A stretch of 64,000 nucleotides of DNA, from positions 39,432,001 to 39,496,000 of the forward strand of contig NC_043012.1 of the NCBI RefSeq assembly GCF_006345805.1, read 5' to 3'. The position numbers were made by a program, and so were the translations under genes. Of the stretch, positions 25,810 through 39,900 are shown piece by piece. This DNA comes from Octopus sinensis. Its lineage: Eukaryota. Every line of letters starts with the position of its first letter. Within the stretch, counting starts at the first letter, position 1. Under the pieces are notes generated by a model. That model had not been told where the DNA came from. It did no database searches and saw nothing but the letters and a program-made list of their open reading frames with translations.

Positions 25810-27010
25810 TGTGTCTGTGTCTGTGTGTGTGTGTGTTGGTATTCGCTTTTTGGAATTGTATATCGACAGTAGTGAACGATGATCCATTTGTAGACAGAAA
25901 CTTCTTCCATGAATTAATCTATGGAATTTTTTACACCGAATATAATTGTTAACGCTTCCTTTTCTATTTGCCTGTAGTTCCTTTCTGCTGGTAATAACGT
26001 TCGTGATGCGTAGGCTGCAGCCTTTATACTCCCATCGTAATCACTTGCGTCTGTAGCCAATATAATATTCAGCTCCGGATCGAAATGCGTTAACGACGTT
26101 AAAAGTTCGACGTTTTTTTTAATTCGTCAAACGCCTCCTGGCATTTATCAGTCTAGTACCATTTTGTATTTTTCCTTAACAAATCATTCAGCAGGACCCT
26201 TTACATTGTGTATATTGGGAATATGAATTTGGTAGTAATTTACTAACCCCAAGAATGCTCATAGCATAATAACATATTGTTTGTATCACAGTTGCCCTGG
26301 ATGGATCCGGTTTCCGTCCGATTTTATTTATTTATCTGGCCCAAGTATTTAATTCCTTTCGAAAAGAACTCGCATATTTTTTTCACATAGCTTAAAATCA
26401 TATTTGCTGATCTTTTCGAATAGCCTTTCTACATATTCTATATGTTTGTGTGATTCGCTTTTTTATTAGGACATCGTCTAAATTACAATCCGACAGCATT
26501 GCAGTCACTACTTCTTGAAATAAGGAAGGAGCCATCTTTACCCCGAAGGGACACCACTTAAATGTAAATAAGCTACATTGTGTATCAATAGCTAATAAGT
26601 GTGAGCATTCGGCAATGGATAGTTATGTGGGACTAAACAATCGTTTAAACCGGTTGAAAAAAATCTCCACAAACTCGTATCTTATTTTTGTTTTTTACGT
26701 AGGTGCTGCCCAATCTGAGTGGTCCGTCTTCTCGATTATTCCTAGACTTTCAAGTCTTTCAAGTTCCTTCTTTACCTGTTCTATCGATGCGAACAGTACA
26801 TTACGTTTTGGCTTCAATACAAGTGTTGCACTTTGTTTTACTACAATTTATGTCTTTGTTTTCGTGCAGCAGCTCTGTTCATCCGAGGAAACATCTGGGA
26901 ATAAATGTTTTATTTTTCGTTTCAATCCCTCAGCCGCATTCAAACCTTCGTCTGAACCGACTATATTCCTCAGAATAACACTGGATATTAATTTCTTCGG
27001 TCACGATGGA
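24300..27010 (-). pseudogene. Gypsy/Ty3 LTR retrotransposon pol (RT-RNase H-integrase), decayed; interrupted by (CA)n at 25752-25836
   Basis: RT: KELERLESLGIIEKTDHSDWAAP, KIRVCGDF, PFGVKMAPSLFQ, LDDVLI. RNase H: [32 protein letters not shown]. Integrase: VVDGFSKWPEI, GIPGIIVSDNGTQF, SPVELMFARRI. Confidence 0.93.
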
Positions 27011-29274
27011 TATAACACACTCCTTAATCGCTGTTCGAAATCTTTCACTATCCGCTGTATTTATTAGCATTATGTGCAACTATATAACAATACATTTTAC
27101 ACAGTTTCTGCTGCTCAAGGACCACTGTTCCCACGTTTAGAGCAGCTTGTCCCTAAAATATTCTTCACTTTCTGGTATCTATGAGAAGCTTATTAGTACC
27201 TGTTTATTAGTAGCTGCTGTTAAATAGTGCTAAAATATTGAAGGCTTATTTTCTACTAATTTGTTGATACCATTTGCGTTTAAAAGAATATAGTTAAGAA
27301 GCTTTTAACTCGTTCAATATGCAGCAGCAACCAGAAATAGCAGCAACATCTCCTTCAAAGCACAGCCTATTTAAAGAAAAAGAATGGCTAGTTTGGAGAT
27401 AATATCTGAAAATAATGGCTGGATCTATTCAGCATGCAGGATATTAAACAGCAATAACGTTACCTTTATAGTTTCATTGTATTACACCGTTTCTATTTCT
27501 GTTTGAAACATATTTACTTCAACTTTGTAAATTAGTTTTATTCTTTGGCAAAGATAAGAACTCTACACAAACACAATTCCTTTTCACAACGTATTGTTAA
27601 TCTCACATCAATGTATTACTTCACTATTATAATAATCGTTTTACCTATTTCGTAATATCTCATCTAAATTATCCTTGTAACTTACTGTGATTCATGCCTC
27701 AAACCAATTCAGTTCACTCACGATTATAATTCTTTGGCGACAGAAAAAAAGAGAGCGAAGAGAGATACGAATTTTTGACGTTTTCTGCGCAATATTTGGG
27801 GATTTTTCAACTAAAGTAATAAACTATTATTATAATTTCGTATTCGTTCAATGTTCTTCGAGGCATTCTACTTTGATAGCTTCTACGGTTAAATGGGGAT
27901 AACAAAATTGATGAACATATGTTAAAATGTCAGTATTTATAGAGAGACTCGTTAGCGGAACTGATCCCACTGTTACATTTAACATCGTTTTATCATGAGG
28001 AAATTAAAAGTTAATCTGCCAGCAAGATTCAAAAGCTGCTTTAATCTGCACCTTCATTAAACTCAATTAATGCTTCTGTTCCGTTTTGATGTCGTTTAGA
28101 TCGAAACCGTAGATGTGACAAGGTATAATAGAAACTTCCTATCAAGGTATTACGAGTTCTCTGAAGGATTACAAACGATGACTTCCTGAAATCAATAAGT
28201 GGATATTGATTTAGGTTACGAAACTTTCATTTATCAGTCTTCCACTCAACTGTAAAACTGATACCATGATCCCTGGCTTTTGTAAACGAAGCATAATGGA
28301 AAATTGTATTTGTAAAGGAAAGACAATGGTTCACACAATTCAAAGGCAGTATTGATTTAGTTATATATTTATTATTTTTTTGTATTTCCTTTGTGTTGTA
28401 TGTAGTCACCAAGCATCGATATTGTAGCGGAAGTAACGGGCGAGATTATATAATGTTTATGCATTTCTCCTTAGCCGTATAAGATGTGAAATTGAAATAT
28501 CCGGAAATCGAAAGAATGTGGCAATATATTATCTGATCCAAAGCTCTGGCTTAGCACAACTCTAAGCCAAATAGCATCCAAATCCGATCTGTTCTTCTGT
28601 TTTTTGTTTCATGCGCTGACGTCCAACGGATCGTAGCCAGTCTTCCAATCGACTCCCGGCATAAAATTTGTTTCGCGTCAGCTGTGATGGAAATGTCGTG
28701 AGAGCGAAAGGACATCAACAAGCATCAACTGTTACACACACACACACACACATAACCACCTTTACACATACACACTATTAATACTTACATATACATATAC
28801 CATTACTACATTCATACACACCACTAACACAGTCAAATCTACCTTTAATATACGCATACACGTATTTATTTAATCGTTTATTTTCTTTCTCGTCTGAGTA
28901 AACTTCAGTGAAGCTGAGCACCACCTTCTATGGACTCTGTCAATAATTATATCGACTGTAAAAGTTGCGTCAATGCGTGGCAGTAATTTTCCTTGGGTGT
29001 TCCCAATTCTGCCACTAGTTACCACCAAGCATTCGGGTCTCATTTAAAGCTTGCATTATGTGCATTTGACATGTGACAATGCCACACCTGAGCAACCGTT
29101 GGCACATTAGGTAAACTAGGGTGATAGCCGACAAGTCTTAAACTATTAGCTGATGTTTAGGCAAAATACTGTGGGGGCGCTAGTGTAGGATACTGGAAGT
29201 TAAGATAATGGCCCAGGTGATAGATACTGGATGCTTTCGGTCCTCGTTTCCTAGATCCATCAAGTTATGTCCGA

Positions 29275-29284
29275 GAGAGAGAGA

Positions 29285-29356
<72 letters not shown>
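29275..29356. repeat. (GA)n microsatellite
   Basis: Visible. Confidence 0.95.
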
Positions 29357-29359
<3 letters not shown>

Positions 29360-29602
29360 CAAGATACAGATCGGCCAATCGAGTGGGATAAATCGTCCGA
29401 TGTTGCTCTTCTTCGCTCTATTCCAAGTCTGGTATCTCTTAGGAATCTTATTTAAGCAGTAAACACTTTCTAGGTAATGCGTGTGTTTACGCGGCTATCT
29501 GTGTATGTGTGGATATGAATGTTTGTACTTACATATATTTGAATATGTATATATGTATATGCTAGTATATACTTGTTTGTTGTCTGTGCACGCACACACA
29601 CG

Positions 29603-29633
<31 letters not shown>

Positions 29634-29646
29634 GTGTGTATAGATA

Positions 29647-29697
<51 letters not shown>

Positions 29698-29699
29698 TA

Positions 29700-30045
29700 G
29701 GCGTAAGCATGGTTGTGTGGTATGAAATTTTTTTCTCAACCACATGATTCCAGGTTAAGTCCCGCTGCGTGGCACGTTGGGCAAGTGTCTCCCACTATAA
29801 CATCGAACCGACCAGAGACTTGTGAGTGGATCTGGTAGATATAATGTATGTAGTTATGTGTCTCTGTTTGTCCCCGCCACCATCGCTTGGCAACCGATGT
29901 TGGTGTGTTTACATACCCGTAACACTGAAGACACCGATAGAATAAGCTCCAGGCTTACAACGAATAAGTCCAGGGGATCGATTTCTTCTACTAAAAGTCG
30001 GTACTCCAGCATGGCCACAATGAAATAACTGAAACTAGTAAAAGA
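29700..30045 (+). mobile_element. SINE family A, diverged copy
   Basis: GCATGGTTGTGTGG head; GTTGGGCAAGTGTC; CTCCAGCATGGCCAC tail. Confidence 0.85.
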
Positions 30046-30231
30046 ATATATATATATTACTTAGAGATAGCTGTATCAGTTAGACATATACTGCATTTCA
30101 CATTACTTCGCTGTACATAGCAGCAGATTTCAGACTCGGTTAGACTTTATAGGCCATAGTCTTTAACAAAAGATGAACCACATATATACATACATGCATA
30201 TATATATATATTCATTCATTCATTCATTTTT

Positions 30232-30628
30232 TTCATTTACTTGTTTCAGTCATTTGACTGCGGCCATGCTGGAGTACCGCCTTTATTCGAGGAAATCGAC
30301 CCCAGGACTTATTCTTTGTAAGCCTAGTACTTATTCTATCAGTCTCTTTTGTCGAAACCGCTTAGTTACGGGGACGTAAACTCACCAGCATCGGTTGTCA
30401 AGCGATGCTAGGGGGAGGGGGGCAAACACAACACACAAACATACACGTATATGTACACATATATACGACGGGCTTCTTTCAGTTTCTGTCTACCAAATCC
30501 ACTCACGGGGCTTTGGTCGGCCCAAGGCTATAGCAGAAGACACTTGCCCAAGGTGCCACGCAGTGGGACTGAACCTGAAATCATGTGGTTCGTAAGCAAG
30601 CTACTTACCACACAGCCACTCCTACGCC
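30232..30628 (-). mobile_element. SINE family A, full length
   Basis: Colinear with 893-1290. Confidence 0.9.
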
Positions 30629-30641
30629 TATATATATATTT

Positions 30642-31265
30642 GATAGAACCGCTATTTTGGAATCCATCTTTGAAGGATATTCCAATACACTCTAGGAAAT
30701 AATATATTTTGAAACTTATTAATAGTATTCCGGAAATATAAATAATTTAATTTTAAATTTTATACTTTATATCTTTTGTATATTACATTAATTATATTTA
30801 TTTTTATGTTTTAGTTTATGTTTTTCACTGTTTGATTTGCCTAATAGTGGTTTTATCTCTAATTTAATTTATATTTATACTATAAAATTGGATTTAATCC
30901 TAAATCTAATTTTTCCCTGTAAGTTTGGATTTACTCCCTAATGTGATTATTATTATTATTATTAATATATTGATAACTTATATTTATTGAATGTAATATT
31001 ACAATTTCGTAAGTTATGGAATTTACAGGTAAGATAGAACCGCTATTTTGGAATTCATCTTTGAAGGATATTCCAATACCCTCTAGGAAAGAATATTTTT
31101 TAAATCTTATTAATAGTATTAAGGAAATATAAATAATTTAATTTAAAATTTTGTACTTTATATATTTTGTATATTATATTAATTATATTTATTTTTATGT
31201 TTTGGTTTATGTTTTTCACTGTTTGATTTGCCTAATAGTGGTTTTATCTCTAATTTAATTTATAT
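30642..31265. repeat. Partial tandem duplication with a 391-bp period (one unit plus ~230 bp), flanked by TA runs
   Basis: GATAGAACCGCTATTTTGGAAT starts at 30642 and at 31033; the copies stay colinear through CCTAATAGTGGTTTTATCTCTAATTTAATT. Confidence 0.9.
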
Positions 31266-33230
31266 ATATATAAGTAAAATATATATGTACACAAACATAT
31301 GTAAATATTTTATAAATATATACACACGTGTATACAATATGTGTGTGCATATATTTGTGTATGTATTACACACGTACCGATATATGATGCTGTCAATGAA
31401 ACAAAGGATATCAAGTGATAAATTGTATGATTTCTGTCAAGTTTTTCAATATAAAATATATATTCAACCAGTAATGATTAGTGACTAGTTAACATAAACG
31501 TTAATTAGTTTCTCTAAGACAAAGGACTATTTGTGCACTTAATGTTTATTGCTTTATCAGCAATGTTCTTCGTAAAATTCCACAAATATTATCACATACA
31601 CCCGTTTTGTCTTCTTTCTTTCCTCTTCATAATCAATCACTTCAAACGTATATGAAAAGAAATAATGACTGGCTGTTTGTTCTATTAGTGATTACGGATG
31701 AATGAATCGATAAGCTATGGATTAATCTTTTGGTAGTCCGGTATTAATGTTGATGCTTGCACTGATATCACCGTATCCCGACACCCCGTCGCTATCTCAG
31801 ACTGCAGTTTAAGTTGTTTTTTCCGTATTGTCAGGTCAACCGTCAACCCGCCATCCTTAAGACACATAGGTAATTGGCTGCAGTTTAGCCACCAGTCCCA
31901 TTTTGATTTAGCAAAACGTCGAATAATCTTCGTTTACAAGCATTTTCTTTGTTTCAGAAAGCTGTCTGTGATGAAGGTGACTGGCTCTTATGATTCGAGG
32001 CGTTGGTCTTTGTGTTCACGAATTACTAAACTTAAAATTCGTTTCTTTAGACCGTTCTCAAATATTTAAATATGGAATTTCATATTTGAACGTTGTTGAT
32101 AGACCCCCACATGAGACATGATCAACCAGACCTGAGAGGAATTTCATTAAGTATAAGTTTGAAAGCTGAGTCAACAGAAAGGAATTACTAGATGAAATTT
32201 CCAAGTGGTTTAAATGTGCATGTCTCCGATGTCCAAGTGGCTAAAAATGTCATCAAATGGGCACCCAAGAGTCATGACTTGGATGCAACCTGGCCTCTTT
32301 ATAATGTAAGAAATTAAAACATAAAGCGCGACGGGCCAAAATCCTGGCCGCCAGGCACAGGTCGACAGGCCACGATCGTGGCTTAGATAGATGCATTTAA
32401 TTTGTTGGGGTCTAATGTCGCTCACACGCTCCGATACCCTCAAGAATGCAAAAGGACTAATAGTTCAACTAATGACTTTTCAGATGTAAAACTTGCCACC
32501 CTTATATACTAAGAAGATATTTTAAGTATTTTGTTTTTGTTTTTTTTTATGTGTGCCTGGTAGTCTCATTTTCATAAAAATGTGCTCAGCAGTCCATGCT
32601 ATGTGAGTGCAAATCCCAGTGCTTTATGAGTTAAGGTTCTGAAACAATTGCTTGTGGGAAATTTCTTCTCTGAAGACCTACTGTTCAGCTCTTTCAGAAG
32701 GGCTTCTTTCCACAGTATTGTTTCTGTTGGAATTTTTCAGGCGCAACATCATAGAAGGAGATTCTCATATTTTAGGGCTGCAACGTATGGTTTAAGTGAC
32801 TATATTCAAAAGGGGATATGTTCCCTAAGTGTCTCCTAATTTCACTCTGCTCTCGTTCGCAAGTAAGACGCCAGAAAATCGTGTCATTGCACTACTGCAT
32901 GTGGTTGGGCCCACATATGTCAAGCACATTTCTCTTATGCTTTGAGGGTTTGCACCATTATGATATATTAAACCAGCCTGAGAAAGGATACTGGTGATAT
33001 AGACGCAAGTTCTATTGCTGAGAAAAGCGAGAATGAAAGGCAAATTCGACCTTGCCGAACTCAGAACATTAAACCGGAAAAAACGCTGCTAAGCATTTTG
33101 TTCGATGAGCAAACTATTCGATGAGCAAACTCGCCGACTCAGTAATAATGATAAATTAATCACTAAGGGTTTACAAAAAATATATCGAGGACAGCACAGA
33201 ACAATGAAATATAATGTGTGGGGAGGGTTA

Positions 33231-33603
33231 TCGTGGCACTCCGTCGGTTGCGACGACGAGGTTTCCAAGTAACGGAACAGCCTGCTCATGAAATTAACGT
33301 TCATGTGGCTGAGCACTCCACAGACACGTACCCTCAGCGTAGTTCTCGGGAAGATTCAGCGTGACACAGGGTGTGACAAGGCTGGCCCTTCGAAAAATAC
33401 GTATAACAGAAACGGGAAGAAAGAGTGAGAGAAAGTTGTGGTGAAAGAGTACAGCAGGGTTCGTCACCGCTCACTGCCGGTACTTCGTGGAGCTTTAGGT
33501 GTTTTCGCTCTATAAACACTCACAACGCCCGATCTGGAAACCGAAACCGCCATCCTACGACCGCGAGTCCGCTGCCCTAACCACTGGGCCATTGCGCCTC
33601 CAC
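33231..33603 (-). mobile_element. tRNA-derived SINE family C
   Basis: Minus head GTGGAGGCGCAATGGCCCAGTGGTTAGGGCAGCGGACTCGCGGTC (A box, tRNA-like arms); colinear copy at 42339-42682. Confidence 0.85.
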
Positions 33604-33959
33604 GGGGACGTGTGTAAACAGAAAAAATAACATAAGAGACGAAAATCTATGCAAACTTAATACCTCTAAAAAGGGATTCTTCCTACAGAAGTTCTTGGAA
33701 ACCCAACAAAACTAGTCACATTGACCATTAGAAATGCCTTCACCCCACTCCTCACTTCATTTGCATGCGCATGCTCAGAGTGCACCCGTTCCTTTGGGGC
33801 ATTCTTGGTACCGCCGTCCACTTCTCAGGAAATTTATTAGAACGTAACACTTATTTCTCCATCTTCACTTCCCATTTCATTTGAAATTTATAAACGTTGA
33901 TGAGAACTTCGTGAAAGAGGAAGCTGTGTGCCTGAAACTCTATTAGTCAGATCCCCCCC

Positions 33960-34690
33960 CCCCCACACCCTCTTTCGCTAAGGCTACTGTAGAGATAGAA
34001 TCAGTTTGTCCTTTCCGGCCAAAGACTGTGGTAGGAGTATCTTCTCTGTGAACCCAGCAGATAAATGGATCCGCCCCATATGTAGCAGCAGGTGTTCGAC
34101 TGCTCAGGTACAAGATGAGAGCTTTCAGAATAGTTTCGTTGCTTTTGCGAGCATCTTGGGCTAACGTGGTTAAGTTATCTTCCATTCCTGTAAAATTTAC
34201 CCCGTATTAGCAATATCTTCCTTTAGTACTGCCAGGCCAGAGATTTCTGGAAATTATCCTTTGGTCCCGGCCTGAACGTCATCAGCAACACACCATCCAG
34301 TTATTCTCGTTGATTCACAGTCTCCCTCAAGACGCCGTCACTAATCTTATACAGATACCCAAAGTGGAACATATACCGACCACATTGCCAGACTAGCAGA
34401 TAGCTCTGAGCCACTGACACCAATCTTTGATACAATCGCCCTCCATCAGACGAGCTGTAGAGAAATGAGCTTGAAAAATGGTGACCACACCCGCTTAACG
34501 CATATCCATCCCTCCACTCAGTGGAAGTTGACAACAAGTAAGCGAAGACCAGGCGCACCAGTTCGATGTGGCGCAGGGTACAACTATCAGGACGACAGCG
34601 ATGAATACGTTCGCTACCTCTGCCTGGCCTTCCAAGGATAGCTTTCCCTATGCCCACAACTGAATGAGATTGGCTGTCCTCACCCGGCCC
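33960..34690 (-). pseudogene. Tx1/L1-clade LINE ORF2 C-terminal remnant
   Basis: LWA*GKLSLEGQAEVANVFIA, PLSGGMDM, NFQKSLAWQY and PRC...ETILKAL (zinc-knuckle region). Confidence 0.65.
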
Positions 34691-34834
34691 GTTAACTCAT
34701 CACAGTTCCTTCTTTTCTCCTAAGTATAAAAAAATGAAAAAAAATATCCACTGAATATTGTGTGTAGTGAATTCTTTATGTTATTGTGTATGAATTTGCA
34801 TCTACCCCGCATGTGTGTTAATTAGTGATTTTAT

Positions 34835-34901
<67 letters not shown>

Positions 34902-35099
34902 CACTATATATATATATATAGAATGTGGGCGTGTAGCCACTATATTTCAGCGTGGTGTACATATGTCGTCCTTATATAGGTGTGTGCATATAAATTACAC
35001 ACACACACAAGCGTCCATGCATCTACATGTGTTTCACCGATTACGCAAAACTTGATATAGTGAGAAGAAATCATTTGAATGTTAGAAAATATAAATTCA

Positions 35100-36000
35100 T
35101 ATAGACAGGACTCGGGAATCACCAGAAATATTGGCATCAAACGGTAGCAATCAGAATTGGAAATTGAATAGGTTGGGATGAGGGAGATAAAGAGAAGCAT
35201 CTGGTGTGTTATCATCAGACTTGTTTTCATTATACTGTGAACTAATTATTGATCTATCGAATATCAACCAGGTATAGAGATAGGACAAAACAATATCTGT
35301 TATGATAATGACACAGTCCCCATAGCAACAACAGAGAAAGATCTACGCAGTATTTAGTTCTATTAACGATGGGAGTAAAATGCTGTCTAGATTTTTGCTG
35401 CGAATAATAATAATAAAATGAAAAAGCCAGATACGATGACAATCACTAAGAAAGTAACAACAATTTGAAGTATAAGAATTAATGGAACAACTTCAAACGA
35501 GCCGATAGTTTAAACTATTTCCGGTCCATCATTACATGAGATTGGGAAAAGTTCATCAAAGAAATTTCGTAGTGGATTGAATAAATCAAGACTGTTTTTG
35601 TTCAGACCAAATACATACTGTCAAATGAACATCTAATAATTAGGGTGAGGGGAAAGAGTCCGAGGGATAAAGAAATAATCCTTCTTTACGTGACGCGGTG
35701 TGACATGGAGCATCAGCAAACAAGTACGAAAAGCTTATCAATGCTATAAAGAGGCGGGTTTGTTTTTTTGAAAAAACAATGAAAATATCCAATGTGGATA
35801 GACTAAATGTGGAAGCTCTTAGACATACAAAGACCAGTAGAAAGCCTCTTAACACAATATGAAGCGTTATAGTCTTCAACATTGTTGACAATGAAACGTG
35901 AAAGGAACAGGAAACCGCGGAAGCCTGAAAGGAAGAGATATTCTTACCAAGTAGCTACGAGAAGAGCAAATCTATATCTAGCACAATTATGACTAGAACA
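35100..36000 (+). pseudogene. RTE-clade LINE RT remnant
   Basis: EIKRSI..GVLSSDLFSLYCELII, ING..LNYFRSIIT*D..KEI and ILLY..TWSISK, all frameshifted. Confidence 0.6.
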
Positions 36001-37179
36001 GAGGGGAAGTGGAATACCGTCCCCTCTGGGATTGGAAGAAGAAAAAGCGACCCCAAATGACAAGAATATATTGGGCATAGAATTTAAGTTTTAAACAAGC
36101 GTATGCGTAACTTTTATTGAGGAATGGAAATTTGATTTTAACAAAGTGATGTTTTTGTGAAAGGCTTCTCTTGTTGACATCATCAGTGGCTTGTGTTGTA
36201 TGAATTCAAACACACATTACATGTGTTTGTTTCCATGTATAAATTGTAGTCAGTATAAACGACAGATGTTATATACATGTTTCAATGTCAACCAAAAGTA
36301 TTTCATGAAAACATGTTTGTGTCTGCGTTGGATTGGATGGCTATTTTATGTATTTCACGAGGGCTATTTTCTCTTGTTTAGCTGTTTGTAAGAGTAAAGT
36401 GACTTGAGAATCAATAAAAAACAAATCACAGTGTATAAACATGCACAAATATGTGCATGTATACATACACACACATGCACATTCAAAATCTAAACACCAT
36501 AATTCGTTATGAAACGAGGATTTGATACCTGAAGATGATAATCGGGGATGTCAATACAATAATATTTGTCTACCACAAATGTTTTAAACGATTTGTTATC
36601 TCCAAGAAAATTTCCATTCTCTTATTTTTCTGCTGGAATATAAATTTGCTGAAACGAAACGCAATGATTCAGCTTTTTAGGCCACCAATTATAGTGTCCT
36701 CCCCATCCCTCCCCCCTCTCTCTCTCTCTCTACCGTTATATAAAATATTATTTCCATTTCTCTCCCGGGCATTCATTGTTCCGTATGTCTATGTTTCTAG
36801 GTTACATGTATAAATAGATATGAGAACAAACGAGATATTTAATAAGATGATATTTCTTCAAAAAGAATTTCATTCGCTCGTTAAAGGAAATTTCGAGTCC
36901 AGTTAAAGTTTTAATATTTTGCAAAATCTTATCTTTTACTTAAATCATTCATAGAAGCACGGCCAAGCTTGCATGCCACCCGGAAGGGTTAATTCAAATA
37001 TATTGAGCGCAATGCTTATTTTTAAAAGTTTTTTGGCGTCTTTGACCGAGCTGATAAGCTGCGGGTGATGCAAACAAAGCATCGGTTGCCAAGCGGTGGA
37101 TGGGACATACTCAAAGACACACACACACACACACACACATATTCGCCATGCTGGACCGCTGAAATCTAAAAGTATTTTT

Positions 37180-37309
37180 CATTCTCTGTTTATTTGAAGA
37201 GCGTAGGCTCGAAACGTAAAAGACTTTTTTCCTTTTTCCCGAGCGCAAATTAATATATTTGCTTCTTGTTCATACACCTGTCTTCGTCTTTTGCTCTTCT
37301 ATAAATTTC

Positions 37310-37312
<3 letters not shown>
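37180..37312 (+). mobile_element. Second copy of the 5895-6060 hammerhead repeat (5' core decayed), nested in a SINE A copy (36940-37480)
   Basis: GAAGAGCGTAGGCTCGAAACGTAAAAGACTTT...TTCAAC then (TA)n. Confidence 0.7.
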
Positions 37313-37392
<80 letters not shown>

Positions 37393-38059
37393 GCGCACAC
37401 ATTGCAACAGACTTCTTTCAGTTTCCGTCTACCAAATCCACTCAGAAGGCTTTGCTTGATCCAGGGCTGCAGAAGACACATAAAACTTGTATTGCTCATT
37501 AACTATTTTAAACTACACTACCAGAATCTACTGTAATAATATTTTTGTGTTTTTCTCCGCCACAACATACCAATGAGAAAGGAAAGGGTGATGTTAAATT
37601 GGAATTGGGATGGTGAACATTCAACGCTGAAAAGAAAAACCAAACACCGTTTCAGTTGTGTGTGAGTATATATATATATGTGTGTACTCGTGCAAGGGAA
37701 GTATGCGAATGTCTGTATCTGTGATTATTATGTACTTTATGTATATATAAAATACTACAATTAACCGTCATCTTTGACAGCACGGGGTCAGCTAATATAA
37801 TTAAATAATACCTTTTTGTAGCTGCAGCGCTATGCGAAATATAAAATTACTTAGCTTTTATGCACAATACTAAACCCTGAAAAAACTCAAAACAACCTTG
37901 TAGATAGTTAAAGGTTGCCTAAAGAAAGAGTGAAAAGGGCTTTCATAACCATTAGACAGCAAACGCTTATAACAAACACTCAGCAGAACCACGTGTTCTG
38001 TTTCAAGAGTAAATGCTGTACCACATCCCTTTCAGAATACACTTGGTTTGTGTATGCTG

Positions 38060-38760
38060 TAATATTTGTATGGTCCTAGCAGAGCTGGAGGGAGAGTTGT
38101 CATGCATGAATGTGAGATTCCTTAGAAGTGACAGTGGTATGTCATCTAACCAGGGATGCAAGACCTCTTTCAGGAGATTACTGTAGGCGGTTGCGGTCAC
38201 TTTAACCCATTAAGGCACCCTGACTGGACCAACAAGTCCCAATGGTACTAGCCCACAACATGACTCCTCCAACCCGTTCTTGAGGTCGTAGACGTTGGTG
38301 ACGCTCATCTCCAAAATAGACCCAACCATTTGCCCAACCGTTAGGTCCGTCAAAGGTCACCCTCGTTTCAAAAGTGAACAGAACAACTCATGCCCCTGTG
38401 ACGGGGCATTAAGGAGGCAGTTTCAGGGATTCTCACACGGACGTCATAGTCCCGAGGATGCATTTTCATGTGGTTTTCGGTACGTGAGGAAGTCCGGAGG
38501 CGGTCAAAATGGCTTTGCTTGTTTGTCCAGGTATCCTACGTCACTTGCAGCCAAAATTCCTTAAATCTCTAACTGTCACAGTCGGATCGATTCTTCCTTG
38601 GCGAAGGAAACGTCCAACTGTGTCCATATGATAACCTAATTTCTCTGCAATGACATGAAGAGAGGAGCCTTTGGTTAAGGCCTTTCCCACGTCACATTGT
38701 CCTTTGAAGGGAGAGACGCTATTAGCGTGGATCGCCCCAAAACCTGAAGAATCTGAAATA
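38060..38760 (-). pseudogene. Tc1-like transposase remnant
   Basis: VLFTFETRVTFDGPNGWANGW, GGVMLWAS, LVGPVRVP and YSNLLKEVLHPWL..FMHDNSPS. Confidence 0.8.
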
Positions 38761-39689
38761 AAAATAAAGAAAGGACGTTATACACAATAATAAAAACATA
38801 ACAATGGTGCTGCCATAGTGTGAAAATCAGCTGGGGGAAACTTATCAAAATTTATTCGCAGTAAACCGAGAAATCTTAAATTTCATTCGTAATCTATTAG
38901 CGTGGTTCTGGTCGTATCTATACATGCATTTGTAACATATGTATGTGTATGCATATGTATGTAAACATATGTGCATGAATGTGAGTAAATCTATATGTGC
39001 ATTTATAAACTTGTCTCTCTATACACCTACATACATGCATGCCTATGTCCGTCCATATTTATGAGCATATATATTTATATATACATACACATATGCTGCT
39101 TAGTCATTAGCGAAGTGCTGTGCTCGTAACCAATTACAGCGCCTCCGAGACAAACGAGACACAAGGAAGAAATTATCGTTAAACCGGAAACCTCGTCCGA
39201 ACGATAGCGACACGCAAATATCTCAGCCTTACATTTATATCAACCCAGTGTACAATGCTCTCTTGAACTACAAAAGGTAGCTTCATATTTAAGATGTATA
39301 GCTAATCCATATTGTTGTCCATGCGATTGAAGTTTTTCTGTTTCACTGATGGCGATCGATCTTTATTCTTAGGTACAACTGCTATGGAATCTGGTTATAC
39401 GTATTGTAGAATATCTGCTTTAAGATCTTGGGTTTTAAACCAGCATGAACCCTCTTTGTGAATACATGATGTGTGTGAAGAGCAGTTTTATGTTAATGTC
39501 AGCAATATCCAATGGCCTCACGCAGCAGCGATTGCTAAAACAATACACACCCTCACCACTGAATGAATTACATTGAATATGACCTACTAGCTACAAAACA
39601 AATGTCTTTTGACATAAAACAGTTTATATATCATTAATTAAGCCAAATCGCTTTTATATTAAAGCCTTAATCTTCTTCGTTAGGCACCT

Positions 39690-39900
39690 ACCTTCCTGGT
39701 TTCTGTTGGGTGTATATCCCCCTCCACCTGGACAAGGGGCCAGGAATACTCTCACCAGATTACTCGTTTTTGCCAACTGACTGGACTGGAGTAACGTGAA
39801 ATGAAATGTTTTGCAACAGAGCACAACGCGTCGCTCGGTCCAAGAATCGAAACGACTTGCTTACCATCATGAGTGCCACACCTAAACACTAAGCTACGTG
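39690..39900 (-). mobile_element. Degenerate tRNA-SINE (family D); related copy at ~49500-49715
   Basis: Minus GTAGCTTAGTGTTTAGG..GTTTCGATTCTTGG..GCGTTGTGCTCTGTTGCAAAACATTTCA. Confidence 0.55.

Noticed and set aside
31790-31845. AAACTGCAGTC hammerhead-like end on the minus strand
   Set aside because: Stems I and II do not form and the core is mutated on both sides
32640-32990. Possible CR1/L2 3' remnant (also ~28900-29270)
   Set aside because: Only faint motif echoes; too weak to call
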